A stretch of DNA of 57,285 bases, counting the filler, from Dirinaria sp. TL-2023a (lineage: Eukaryota), in NCBI GenBank assembly GCA_051941275.1. It is 2 parts of 2 records of this genome, joined end to end, with 100 filler letters (N's around TTAATTAATTAA, not from the genome) between each part and the next. Parts side by side here need not be neighbours in the genome. Positions count along the whole stretch, not along the records: positions 1 to 28,683 come from JAVEBF010000123.1; 1 more part is not named here. One strand, 5' to 3'. The notes under the pieces are model-generated. The model saw only the letters and a program-made list of their open reading frames with translations. It was not told where the DNA came from and searched no databases. This document shows positions 12,350 through 25,368 of the stretch, in pieces. Positions within the stretch are counted from its first letter, which is position 1. Each line of letters opens with the position of its first letter. The position numbers were made by a program, and so were the translations under genes.

Positions 12350-12783
12350 GTGCTGAAGACATGAGAGTGGGAGATGCCGCCATTTTGTACTGGCCGGTCA
12401 CGCAGTAATGGTAGGCAAGATTGCGCCATCGTGAGCGGCCTGTTAGCTACCTGACCTTACCTATTCTCGCTATTCTACAGTATCGAAGATATGCAGCTAG
12501 AAGGAACCTGGAAGGTGTGACGGAGAGTTTGGGTTGAGCTGATTGGACGGTGGGCGCGGCATCGCCTTAGTCATACCATCAGATACAACCCGACCTTGTC
12601 CTTTTGCTGTATTCCTGATCACATGGGAATAGCATTCACTAATAATTTAGATCTCTGATTCATCCTTCTGACGCAGAATTTCTATCCTTGACCCAATAGG
12701 CGTAAGATACACTGTCGATAGCTTTAATATATTGCACTCGGATTCGGTCCACGTCGGAAGCGCCAAACCTGCTTCCCAGCGCA

Positions 12784-13397
12784 ATGCCAGATCAAACGCT
12801 CAATGTGCCTTCGCTTTTCTTAGTTGTCCTGGTCACATCGCTCGCCATTCGCTATTTCTTCTTCAGTCCTCGCTCGTCTGTGAGTCCTCGGGGTCGCCAG
12901 GTTGATCCTGCACAGGTGGACCAGATAGCCACAATGTTCCCACAAGCCGACCGGCGGGCGATCCAGTGGGATCTACAAAGGAACGGGGGCAGCGTCGCAG
13001 CCACGACAGAGCGCATGCTGAGTAGAGGGTTTTTGGATACGGTACGTGTTTCGGACCGCTGGCCATTTGGACAGAGTTTCCAACGCCGCTAACAGTCTTG
13101 CTAACCTTCTCGCAGCCTCCACCATCATTTCAACCTCAGCTGCCTCCATTGTCAAATCCTCCAGCTGCCGCCGCTTCGCCTGTCAAACCGTCCCTCCCTG
13201 ATCTAATTACGCGCTACAATCTTAAATCTAAAATATCGGACTCCAATGAATTGGAAGGAGAAGGTGCATCAGTGAAGGGCCCCGTTTGGTCAAACAACAG
13301 GGATGAGAGACAGGAATTGTTGAAGCAGCGAAGAGAGGAGATGATATTGAAAGCCCGGAGGAGGATGGAAGATAAGGAGCGGACACCAGCCCCTTGA
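12784..13397 (+). CDS. Membrane-anchored CUE-domain protein (Cue1/Cue4-like ERAD factor)
   Basis: N-terminal TM helix, CUE motif MFPQ..RRAIQWDLQRNGGSVAATTE, intron 13042-13115, C-terminal DLITRYNL and WS....RQ.LL..RREEMILKARR (Ubc7-binding-like region). Confidence 0.85.
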
Positions 13398-13621
13398 TAG
13401 AAGACTTGGCCGATTGTAAAAAATAATCTTGGAGCACACTATTCGGAGACCTCTATTTTGGCCGCAACGAGCTACTTCAGACCAGGAAGGTTGTTTCTCC
13501 TCCAGCCACTCATCGATCTTGCGTGAAACCGCAAGTACGCCTTTCTCCCATCGAGTACTCCCCTCCCCACCAACTTATGCTACTACACGTCGCACGCGAA
13601 GAGTACCGCGGATTGCCATCC

Positions 13622-14188
13622 TCACAGTCTTGTGCGTGTCGTGCCGGTTTGATTTACCTTTCCATGCTCACAGGTAGCGACAACCACGCCGTCACTGAGC
13701 CTTCGCATCACCCCTCTAATGTGCACTGGTTTACGCAACAATAGTCAGCTTTGGATGAAGACTTCGCCCAATCGGTTGCAGAAACAGAAGGCTCGGCTCA
13801 ACCCACCCAATCGCCAGCCGATACTCACGATCTCCGCCTCCACCTCCACCTCTTCACCCTCCTGCACGGCTTTGAGATACGCAACATTCAATGTTCTGCT
13901 CACTCCTGGCAATTCCCAATAGCCATCTTTGCTGACCAGCGTTACAGCCAATGTCGTGCAGGAATCAAAGATCGTAGCCGTTGCTCCTCCGTGCATGTTG
14001 CCACTGGCGTTGCAGAGTTCCGCTGTGACAGTCACACGCGAGGTCACACGCGGCATGGGATCCAGTGAAGCAGAGACAGGCACGATATGCTTGCGGTAAA
14101 AAATAGCATCGTAACGTTTATATGAGGGATTCGAGATAAATAAGCTGATAAACTCGCGAACTCGAGCTAAGGGTTCTGATTCTGGCAT
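13622..14188 (-). CDS. Hotdog-fold acyl-CoA thioesterase (PaaI/ACOT13-like)
   Basis: [17 protein letters not shown] and [11 protein letters not shown] motifs; phase-1 intron 13726-13806 gives [30 protein letters not shown]...; stop at 13622-13624. Confidence 0.88.
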
Positions 14189-14777
14189 GTCAAAGGAGTG
14201 AATGGGGATATGCGATCGACTTTGATATGTTGCCCAAGGGTCGTACGCTCGTGGACAAGGCACTCGTTCAGTAATTGCCAGGTTTTTTATAGCAGTCTCC
14301 TCTACTTATTCTGACAATTGTCCGTTCACTGTTCAACGGTCAGCGAGCCGAGGCTGACTTCAGTGACGGCTCCTTCGGCCGTGTGCCGATGCCAGATTAC
14401 TTAAGCCCTCGTCTATCTATGCGTAAGATGGCCCCTTTTTCATCTCTCAACTACCTCTATATATTTCCATTCGATCGTCTTTCCCGCCTATGCTGGTTGA
14501 CGCATCGGCCTGGACTTGGAGATGGAAGAACTTGAAACAAGAGTACGGAAACAGTCTGTAAGCTATTTTCATTATCAGATAGCAAACTGTGTGGCCGATG
14601 CAGAGAATGTGTCTGCATTTCTTTGATTTTACGAACAAGAATTCCGCTGCGCCAGAATGCTAGTTGGTGCGTTGTGCCACATGCCCTACCAAGTCGAATA
14701 AACACTCGTGAGGACAGCGCGAGCGCATGAGCCGCCTGCTGGTCAAGTGTGATGTTGCAAAAAGAAAGACATCAGTT

Positions 14778-16303
14778 CCTACTTTAACGATTTGTCTATT
14801 TGACGATGGCACGTTCGTGATCAGCATCGTCATCTCGTGAAATCATCGTTGCTTGAAACTCGCACTCTGTCAGAACATGAGAGAGTGATAGACTTAAGCC
14901 CGAAGAATCAAAGAGATCGAATAATGCATTATCAAGCGAGAATGAGTAGCAATTAGTAGGGAAGGGTGGTGTGCCAGTAGAGTAGGCTTAAATGAGCTTT
15001 TTCCTCTTCGGCTTTTCTGATCTCAGGTACAATGTGGTTCCCTACATGTACCTACCTTATTGCCAACATTTCATGTCGAATCATTGGCTGAACAGTTAGT
15101 AAGCAATTCCTAATTGAGAGCCTTGCATATGGCGGGAGGGAACCTCAAATCCTCGGCGATACAGTATCACCAGCACGTGGAAGATCAAGAGAAATATCGT
15201 TGGCCTTCTTGGACAATCAAGAGAGTGCTATTTTGACTTGTATCGTGTATAATTCACATGGATAACGAAGTGAACCCTGCTGCTGAGCCTACGTCTGCCC
15301 ATGGCTCCAATAATGCCCAGAAAGATGAGACACAGCGGTCCCAGGAGCCAGGTAGGCAATTCATTTCTGCTACGAAACAAAGAAAACCTCTGTACTGAAA
15401 CCTTAGCTAGCGCCAGGATTTTCGAAAGTGGCAACCAAGCTGTTCCAAGAGCTTGCGACAGTCGAGAAACTTGTCGAAATTGCCATCAAACCGTCAGCCC
15501 AGCCATTTGAGTACAGACGGTCGAATTTGGACCCATTGGCAGTTCACGCTGCCGAAAGAACTTTGAGGACGTTGCAGCTGATCAAGGAAACGCATGACGA
15601 AATCTCGCGAGGAGAACTCTTACTCATTGTCGAGGAGATAGTGGAGTTCAGGACCAGGGAACTGACTAGGCTTCTCAAGCTTTCAGCCCAGTTCGCGACC
15701 TGTGGTCATATTGACAAGGTGATCAATGAGATATTTTCGTTGTGCTAGTTCACGGAATCGCAAGCATGGTTCAAAGACTGGCGTAGATGACGTACTTTGA
15801 TATTGATTGCTATCAAATGTGTGAGCAGTCATTTCTGCGCCAGCAGGTTCTTTAATGATTGCGTTAGGCAATTATTATCGTCACATCACTCTACTCTATT
15901 GACACACCACCTTTCCTCACTGAATGCTGCTCATTCTCGCGTGATAATGCATTCGATCTCCGTTTTTTGATGTCTCGAGCTTTAAAAGTCTATCGATCTT
16001 CTTTTGCTCTGACAGAGTGCGAGTTTCAAGCAACGATGATTTCATGAGATGACGATGAACTGATTCACCACGAACGTACCATCGTCAAATAGGCAAATCG
16101 TTAAAGTAGGTTGAACGCGTTTAGGATTTGGGAGAGGTATTGATAGATGGCAAACAATAAGTGGGCAGGGCGGCGCGGGCAGCAAAGTGAAGGTGGTGTG
16201 GCAATAGAGTTACTAATTGGACAGCCAACAGTTCGGTAGGGAATGTTGGCAATAGGGAACCACATTATATGTCAGAAAAGCCGAAGAGGAGAAAGCTGAT
16301 TCA
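14778..16303. repeat. Long imperfect inverted repeats (two blocks) around a small gene
   Basis: Block A 14778-14985 is the reverse complement of 15891-16110; block B 14987-15102 is the reverse complement of 16209-16303; a further ~20-bp inverted pair at 15894-15913 / 16189-16208. No target-site duplication found. Confidence 0.85.
15301..15748 (+). CDS. Hypothetical ~130-aa helical protein (two exons) inside the inverted repeats
   Basis: Exon 1 15301-15351 (MAPIMPRKMRHSGPRSQ), phase-0 intron 15352-15406 (GTAGGC..TAG, weak branch point), exon 2 open to TAG at 15746-15748 with amphipathic helical composition. Confidence 0.5.
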
Positions 16304-16684
16304 AGAGAGAACCCCCTAGTAGCCGACTTTTTCGTCATATTGGCGGGATGCATGAGTCTGCAATGACACGAATATGGAGACGTTCCGCGTATCACTCACT
16401 ATGTGGGCCTCAACTACCAACAGTCGTTTGATGGCTGCTCTGGAAGTTATTGGAATACTATGATAAGATTTTACTGGAGTCAGCGTACTAAATCTCCTAT
16501 CCTCGAAAGTCTACTCCCTCGAAAGTCTATCTCCTGTACTCCAAATACTAAATTACATCGAATTTCCAAACGATCCAATGCTATGATGCAGCGGATATCA
16601 CGATCGGAGCTGACAGGACAACTGGCTCGGTGGAATCGCATGCCCCTCCAAAGCCATCAGAGCCTTATACAAAACAGCCAACTC

Positions 16685-17812
16685 TCAGAAGTCAAACAAG
16701 CCTTTCAGGCCGTCCGGCTCGTGTTCCCGGCGTCTGAGGTCATCATGGGGCGGAGCAGTTATGAACTCGTTCGTGCCCTGGGGTCCGCCAGGAACGGTAA
16801 GCCCACAAAAGGCACTCCTGCCAACTACGATCCCGACACTCGCATCGAAGATGGCTTCGGAAATACAGCCGCAAGGATTGGTCGGCTGGATGTTAAGATT
16901 GAAATCCGCGATGTGGATCTGTGTGTCTGTGCTGTTGAGATAGGGCTGGAAATTCCCGGGCCATTGGCCGCAGCGGGCGTGCAAGGAGTTGAAGAGCCGC
17001 GTCGCCCGGGTGTCGTCGCTCCATCCTTGAAAGACGACGCGGAAGCGGAGGGTACTTTGGGAGTTGGGCGGTTCTGGCCACGGATCCACGACGGATTTGG
17101 CGTAGTAGGGGTTGTCCATGATATCGCATTCTGTATAATCGCACATCGGGTTCCGCGGGGGCAGCGCATTTAACGCTGCCATTTCAGAGCTGCTCGGGGG
17201 CGGCGGGTTAGTGTCGAGGATGACTTGATCGCCTTCCTGCACCCAGCTGGTGTTCCACTGGATGACTTGCGTGCCCGGCAGCTTCCAGGGCGCGGTCGAC
17301 TGCCCACATGTTCCCGTGTTAGGGGTCGTGATTTTGTATCGTCCGAAGGTATAGTCTTGCACGCTTTCCAGCACGGAACCGTCGTCAGCCCAGCCATACG
17401 TGCCTCCACCGCCGGAGCTGGTGCAGTAGCTTTGGTTAAAGGACGGAGTGGCGGTTTCGGGGGTGCTGGCATCTTTGCCGCACGACGACAAAATCTGGTT
17501 GAAGTAGTTGGTGCAAGCCTGCGGTGAATCGGCAGTCTTGTACTGGCCGCCGTCCGGAGGCGGCATGTACTCCACCTGGCAGCTTTTGGAGGTGGCCGTC
17601 ATGCTAAGGTTCAGTTGGCCGCTGTTGCAGACCTGGTCGATGGCTGGCACGCAGTCGGCGTTGCAAAGTGGTGGAGCGTCGCCATCGGAGCAGAAGTAAC
17701 ACCACCCTTGGTTATAGTTGGGGGAGGGAATTACGTTTTGGCCCACGACCAGAACGGCCCCTGCCGCAAGGAGGAAAGAACACAAGCCCGTCCTCTGTCT
17801 GGAATGCATCAT
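16685..17812 (-). CDS. Uncharacterised secreted cysteine-rich protein (~375 aa)
   Basis: Long intronless ORF, first ATG at 17812; hydrophobic leader GLCSFLLAAGAVLVVG; two Cys-rich regions separated by a Pro/Ser linker. Confidence 0.8.
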   Translation of the reverse strand: MMHSRQRTGLCSFLLAAGAVLVVGQNVIPSPNYNQGWCYFCSDGDAPPLCNADCVPAIDQVCNSGQLNLSMTATSKSCQVEYMPPPDGGQYKTADSPQACTNYFNQILSSCGKDASTPETATPSFNQSYCTSSGGGGTYGWADDGSVLESVQDYTFGRYKITTPNTGTCGQSTAPWKLPGTQVIQWNTSWVQEGDQVILDTNPPPPSSSEMAALNALPPRNPMCDYTECDIMDNPYYAKSVVDPWPEPPNSQSTLRFRVVFQGWSDDTRATRLFNSLHARCGQWPGNFQPYLNSTDTQIHIADFNLNIQPTNPCGCISEAIFDASVGIVVGRSAFCGLTVPGGPQGTNEFITAPPHDDLRRREHEPDGLKGLFDF

Positions 17813-20800
17813 GGCTTTGAAACCCGACAAGGACTAACAGCCCCACGCTAGGGAAGCACAAGATTATATTCGAATTTCAGTCGTATCTAAGCGTACAGGA
17901 GTTCACAAGGGGAAATCTAAGATATAATGGAAGAAAACGGGCGGAAAAGATACACGGCATGAAGAATATGTCCAGCACCATTTAAGAGAAAACTTGGAAC
18001 CTACTGACACCTATGCGAGCCCACTGCCTCTCGTCGGCACGCCCATTGTTCCCGTTGGGCCGTTTCAAGCGTTGTGTGGGTGTACTTAATCATTTTTATG
18101 CGATGGCGTACCGATGGGAATTTGCGCTTCTAGAAACAAGTCGGATCCCCCCAAACACCCCCCCAGCGACCCCCAATCAATTGGAATAAGACTAAAAGAA
18201 ACCTTGTTTCGGACCAGCTTTCCAACCTACGGCGCTTGTGTTGTCAATATAGCCGATGTTTTAAGCGACTTACCCTCTCCCTGCGGATGAAGCTCGCGCG
18301 ACGTACTTTTTACCTAAAGGCACGACAGCGTTCCAGAGGGCTCGGGGTCTCCGACGATAGAAAAGCAACGGGGCCATTTACAGGAGCTTGCGCAAGGGCT
18401 TTTCTTATAGAAATTTCTACAACCAGCGTTTTGTGATGCACAAAGAACAAAGAATGTGTCAATGGTCAAGAATTGTACACCGTGAGAGTACCTCTCAAAG
18501 ACTCAGATGGTTGCTGGTGGATTTCGAAATGAACACGGATAAAAGACTTTCGCTTGGCCTGAGTACTCATGTTTCGATTGGTAGACTTCCACTAGATTGT
18601 TGTATCCCGACTCCAACTCAAAGATCCTAACATCTCGTCGTGCGTCGGCGGAGATGGTCCTCTCTGCTGTTGAAAAAAAAAAAGGGTACCAATCATATCC
18701 GTACAATCCCACTCTTGTCATATGTACAGGACTCGACCTACGCCTTACTGCGTGCCTCCCACCCAAATCCCCCAACCTAGAAACCGCATCCAGATCTCAT
18801 CCGAGCACACAATTCGCAAGACGAATAGCTCTTTGATACCAGATGTGCGTGGCGAGCTAGCTCTGCCAAAGAAATTGACCTCCTTCTAGGCTAGTAGGTA
18901 AATTTAGAAATATTGTTGAACTTTTCATCATGCCGTGTGCTATTTGACTTACTAGTCCTTTGGAGTGGGACAATCTTGCGTGGCGCTGTTTGGTGGTATG
19001 ATGGTTTTAAGATGATCGGACTGGTTGCTTGCTTTGAGATCTTGTTTTCTCCCTTTTGTACAGTTTGCGGTAGAAGAGGTTTGAAATGGCGTTCAGGTCG
19101 ACGGATCCGAAAAATGACATTAATTGATCAGTGTTGGCTACTATGTCTACAGAGAGTCTGAATGCTATTAGAACTGCATTTAAACCATCATCCTTACGGC
19201 TACTATAGCTGCCAACGAACACGAAGCCCCTTGCTCAAAAATGAGCAATATTGCTGTCGCAAGCCTTGTTTACACTATCTCAGGTATAGCATTGAGAGCC
19301 AGCCAAAGATGCACCGGAAACGGAACTCCGCTTTTTCAGACGCTTGCCATCACCCACTTCGAGGAATCTATCATTTTACGCATGCGCGACGCTGAATCCT
19401 AATCCTGAAAGGAATTTTGTCGGCAGTGGGCAACGTTCCAGCTGGGAAGAACCCCGAATCCATCCTAGGCTCCCAGGCGTAAGGCACCTGAAGCTCTATA
19501 TCATTATGCAGCACCAGTCTCGGGAGGGTGCTGAGTATTTCTTGCTTTGCAAAGTGACAGCCCGAACAGACGGATGATCCGCCACCAAAAAGATTGTACG
19601 CTTACTCCAGCCCTTTCAAAGAGAACTGGGGGCTGTTCTAGGTTTTCGTCGCCTAGGAGCAGGACGACTGACGATGGCGAGGATGGTTTTTCTCTGCCTG
19701 GTGGCTCGTTGGATAGATTGTCGGGATATACCAAGAACCTTTCCACCCCGAATTCACCAAACGGATTAGGATATGCCCACGTTCCAGAAATCTTTGTTCA
19801 TAGCTCCTGCACGAGACGAAACGCCAGGGAACGAATCTTCTGTGATGGACCACGCACCAAGCTAGAAGTCAGCTCTTTACGCAGTGTGAGGGACTCTGGT
19901 TCCTGATTTCACAAATTGTAAGCCACCTGGGCGATGTCACGCACTGATGATCGAAGCGCAGGTCTCTTCCTGACGTCGAATAAGGCCCAGAAGACTCACT
20001 TTGAAATATGCGACAACACATCATCAGATTATTACTGTCTATCAGAAGGCGAAGCGCGCGTCAACCTGGTCAAGAAGTGGTAAGAGAGATTGAACAGCTC
20101 ATGGATGGCCGTCTCTAATGTATCTGGCTAGGCGGAGAAAGCAACCCGGTACAAGCACAGTCCGGCTTAATTCAGGTTAACTCAATGGAATTGACTTGAC
20201 GAGTAATGCAAGGACACCATACTTAACATTGCTACTTCCAAACACTACGGACTCCGCCTAGCAGAGTTGACACCAATTCCCCATCATACAGAATTCTAGA
20301 GCCAGCGGGCCATTCTGATACCACAGCAAACATTGCGGGGTGTGGAGCTCACTCATATGCCTAAATTCCCCGATTTCGGAGTCTTCTACTATGGAAGACC
20401 TCGTAAGGCTTAATTCTTGCTGAGACGCGGCATGCCTTAGACATGTTCGGCTAGCTACTTGCGATCTCTTTGCCTGTGCTATCAGCAAAGGCACAATTAC
20501 ATCCTATATATGCCGCAGAACGATCGTCTAGTAGTCAGTCATGCATATGAGGATCCCATGTGAATACTCTTCATCCAGGCATCCTGAAGATTTGACGAAG
20601 ATCAAAATGGCTGACGCACGTTAGATTCTCACGTGATGTCCCTTGTGCCCCAGGGATAACAACGGCTCGATAAATGGAATGGCATCAGCATTCGAACGGC
20701 GCAACTACGTACTTATCAGCTAAGAAGATTCTGCGATCAAAAGACACGTTTGCTCTCTCCGATTTGTTGACACCGTGGCGGTGTGATGACTGCCTTACAG

Positions 20801-21288
20801 TATCTCCGTGGGTGGGGGCCCGGAACTCGGAACAGTTCCGAAGGCGATGCAAGTTCGGAAATTCCAGCCACTGACGATAAGAAAGGCTCGCGGTTTGCAG
20901 AAAGAGTCGCTCACTGAGCACGCTAAGCCTCGCCGAAAGTGTTCGAATTTTGCTGCAAACCGCGAAAAAGGTGACTAGAGAAGGAATCTGAGGCTGACCG
21001 CTCCGTGCCACGGTCTGGACCTTCCCTTGACATGCAGCCAAATACGACGTCCATCATCAATCTGAGAATACGCTCCTGATTGCCGAGGCCAGTATGCCAT
21101 ACGACCGACAAGCGTCACGCATAAGTAAGGTGCATGTCCAAAGTAACGACTCAAATTTTCAACATTTTCTTCAGTTCGTGGACGATCGGGTTCATGCTAA
21201 ATAAAGACGTTCAAAGATCCATTTCTATGCGGTTTGCACTTTTCAACTGTTCCGCACATTCTCCACACTGTAACGATTTGAACGGGAT

Positions 21289-22688
21289 ATGGCCAAACGT
21301 ATCAGCTTTATTGATCATGCCAACTTGTCTGGAAACACTCCACCGCGCAGTGCTGCACCTAATTCCGACCACCCGGCCACGCGCCCGGTGGAAGCGTACG
21401 TTGGGATGGGTGTGTGTATGGGCGTTGCGTTAATTTTCATTGTCTTGAGACTATACGTCAAATTGGCAATCACACATCAATGGGGTTGGGATGACAGTGA
21501 GCGTCAGACGAAGCGCACTAATTCAATGCTAACCGAAACAGTGTCTTGCGTGATCGGATTTGTATATCCACCAGCAATGATTTTTTGACTATCATCGTTC
21601 TAAGATCGGCCCACCTAGGTCTGTATCGCCGCTCACAATATTCTTTACTTCACTCGTAAGTTGAAATGCGTTCAGATTTTTATGGCAATGACTGTTAGCT
21701 AACAGCCCGTAAAGAACTAGGTCCAGGAGACCGACTTAGCACCCATGTACAGCTCACAGAAAGCTATCTAAAGGTATACAGCTGTTGAGCTACGTGTGAA
21801 AACGTCTCTGATCTTGATGAGTGTTAGAGGACGCTAGCCGGGAAGGATACATATGCTGCATCAGCTCTCTTTGTTAAGTTGTCTCTCTTCCTACTCTATC
21901 TCAGGCTTTTTAGCCCTAGTCTGACTACGCGCTGGCTTGTATATGGTGGCATCCTTGCCTGTGGGGCTTTCTATACTTCAAGTATTGTTATAGTCAGCGC
22001 GCTCTGCTCGCCTAAGCCTGGCGAGCCAGACGACACTTCTGCCTGGCTGTTGGCCAGTCAGCGTTGCGGCAGTTCTACCATACCTCTTGCCGTCGCACAG
22101 AGCACATTTAGTGCTCTCAGCGATGCCTACCTAATTGTGTTGCCCATTCAATTAGTCTTTCGGCTTCAACTCCCCATACGTCGTAAGATTGGAGTGAGCA
22201 TAATCTTCATGATTGGTCTTATGTCTGTCTACCCTTTCTACATTTTTGGTCAGAACCCGAGATAACTTTCATTCTAACAAATTCACAGCGCGATCGCTTG
22301 TTCAGTTAGCTCGCTTGCTTATCGCATCAAGCTCCTTCGCACAACTGACTCGACCTGGTTCGGCACGCGGATCTGGGTTTTAAGTACAAGCGAAGTATCT
22401 GCTGGAATCATTTGCAGCTGTACACCGGTCCTCGCAGCTCTGTTTCGAACCGGCAAACCTCGCAAATTCCACTTTCCATCCTTTCGCTACTTTCGCTCAT
22501 CATGGTTCACGTTTCATGGCTCCCGCAGCTCTCAGCCATTTAGGGCAGATAAATCCGATGTGGAGGATAATGCACGCCTTGACAGGTCTCCAGGGTTGAG
22601 AAATGATTATATAGAGTTAGAAGACGGTACATGCTCCCTTGATTCCCAAAATAGCGTTAAGGCATCGAGGAGCGTTGAGAACTTTTGA
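21289..22688 (+). CDS. PTH11-like integral membrane receptor (fungal rhodopsin domain, no CFEM), multi-exon
   Basis: LRLYVK..WGWDD, FVKLSLFLLYLRLF, SDAYLIVLPI, LQLP.RRKIGV..IF..G and EVSAGIICSC.P motifs; several very short exons at 21540-21830; stop at 22686-22688. Confidence 0.85.
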
Positions 22689-25368
22689 GCTGCTTCTGAT
22701 GGCTTTGTTTCGGCTCTTTAATGAGGTGGTAATTCAAAACCAACATGTGCGTCGATAACTGGCAAAGCTCGGGAGGAACGCTCGACATAGCTGAGCGCTC
22801 CGTGCTTTATTCTTTCTTGTCCCTGTTCTCTAAATCTGGCTTTGCAAGCTGCCATCTGAGACGCAGGCACAGAACCATCTCCATGCAACGCCAATCACAT
22901 TTCGAATCTGGATTGCAATCTTACAGGGAGTGATACTGTCCTGGTACTCACAAGAAGACTTGACCGTCACATGGATCCCGGTCTTGATAATATTATGTAC
23001 AGCTGCGCAGTCTGCAGCGCCTACTTGTGAATTACTGTGGTTGCGAGGCTCTCCAAGTAAAAGTGGCACGGCGTCCATTGCAACAGTAGTAGTATTGGTC
23101 AGAGGAATGAAAGCCTATGAATAAAGTGTATGTTCTGAGCCCCATATGACTTTCTACTTCTCTAAGCTACTAATATGTGATACGCTTCCAGACACGAGAA
23201 AAGTAGTCTTCCCCGTACAGGCAATTCGACGCGTTCGGAATGGATCCCTGCATGCGCATGCAACATCGCTCTAGTCCTTTGTGGATAACCAGAAGCCACA
23301 AGTGGAAGGGCTGCAGCCTACATGTAATCGGCGGTGTTTACCAAGCTAAATGCTTACGCACATGAAAATAGTCGCCGTACCACTAGTCATCTCAATGCCA
23401 ATGACTGCAAGGGTATTTCCCCGTCGCTCATAATATTCGCAATCCGTCTATCTCCAGAGAAGCCTATCACGATGGCCATTGAACTTTTCTGTAGCTTACG
23501 CCGCTTTTTCCTATTTACCCCCGTGGTACCCAACTAAATCAGTTTCCTGAATTACGGTCGAATAGTAGTGCTTGGTTCGCTTGAACAGCTACATCTTCAT
23601 CCTCTGCTCGCGTTCGTACGCGTCTCTCCCATCCAAAAAAAACTTTCGCAATAGTTTTCTTACTAGAAGTACGTAGAGTTAGGCTCCAGGCCATTGTTTC
23701 TCTTCTTTTTGAGCCTTTTGCTGCATACCTTCTTCCCATTACAATCAGCTCTAACGTCTTCCAATATCCTACACTCAACTTTACACTTCCTCGAAAAGTA
23801 TCCGACCCGGAGAGTAGCACCTACACCTTATCTTCAAGCTCTACGGGTCCAAGCAGGGACATTCCCTGGGCCCAAATACATATTTCAAGAGGAAGAGTCC
23901 CTCGTTGTTTAAGGTAATGAATCTAGGAATGAGACCCAACACGGAGCTAAATAACAGTTGCGTACACATCGTACAGAAAGCGAAGAAATTCATCTATCAA
24001 ATCCTGGATACCATCCGCTGCGACAGTCTGAGCTTTGGAGGAATGCTGGGTCTATCAGAATTGGTCCGTCCCTTTCAGTAGCGACATGTTCGTATATTTG
24101 GACCCAAAAGTTACCATCAAATCTGTACTGACACCAGATGTTAACCTGTTCTCGAGAAAAACCATCCATTCCTCCCAGGCTTCCTCAAGCATCGGATGTC
24201 AAGCGACTTATGAACGTCGTCCAGGGGCACCAAGCTGAGTGGCAGAGCTCAGGGGTCTTGACGTAACCCTAGATTTAACCCTGAACGCTTTGATGGGATG
24301 CCAAGACATTCACCACTTTAAACCGACTATCGATTCGTAAGTGGCAATTAGCTCAAGAGATTCGAATTCCAATTACCATCTACAGAGTTGCTGTATTATG
24401 CTTGTGAAGTCGGTTTCATTATTATTGCGGGAGGTTCGAGAAAGCTTGTGATGCTTGATGAGGATGAGTCTGGGCCAGCCGCAAATGAGACGGTGTTAGT
24501 GGCGGGCCTTAACCGGAGCCATCCCAGTCGGTAATTTTTGAGGTTCTTTCGACTTTTCAACATCCATCCACACCCCATCCCATCCTGTGTTTACTGTGTG
24601 TTGCCTGTATGCTGCTTATTTCGCAATTGAGCGGCAAAAGCAGAAGGTAAGGCTATGGAATCATACTCCTATTCACGCTAAACCATTCTCGTTATCAAGA
24701 CAGACAGCCGAGGAGTCCACATCAATCGCGCCTAGCTTGGCTTCGTCAAGCTTTCAACGCTCGAAGATGCTATTTAGCCAGGATCTCGACCTCATTTTCC
24801 TCTTCATCTCAGATCATAGGCCGATTGTACTCGCTGATTGGCCGAAGGCTCTCTGGAGCTGATGGAAAGCTCATTTCCATCAGCTTTAAGGTTGAGCTTA
24901 GTACTGCGGCGCAGCGAACAAGTGCAATATCCCTCGGGGCCGTTCCGGCTTGATGACCTGCTTTTACACCATTCGGCCTCTTTTAGGCTCGTTTTAGAAT
25001 GAGTGTAACGGGGATCTGGCTTGCTCGAGTCAAGTCTTGTGGATCTCCCATCCTGTCAGCGTCGTGTTACTGGTAGGTTTCGTGCGGGGCCAATGCACGC
25101 TTACTGCGTTCCATAAGCCGTGAGGTTAACCTCATGATTTGAGAGATGGATAATACGCCGCCCTTCAGTCCATCTCAAATTCTCTTTTTTCTATTCTTCT
25201 TCGTGTCTTACTTTTGCTCTCTTCTGTAGTCATTCTTTTGCTGCTTCACTTCTTGAAGCGTACAGTCTTTACATTCGTTTCTGTCGCTCTTTTTCCTTGG
25301 ACTTCGATACTGTAACACCTTTAATACTAGAACCATCGTATTAGCGGCAAAACTGGTCCACAGCCTCA

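Noticed and set aside
16403..17173. 256-aa plus-strand ORF
   Set aside because: Largely the antisense shadow of the secreted-protein gene at 16685-17812; no recognisable features. The same applies to antisense ORFs over the MFS, AspRS and WSC genes.
18100..21100. Short ORFs in the long intergenic region
   Set aside because: No family motifs, no convincing splice chain and no repeats detected by eye.
24263..24281. Interstitial telomere
   Set aside because: Only two separated TAACCCT units; too short to call.
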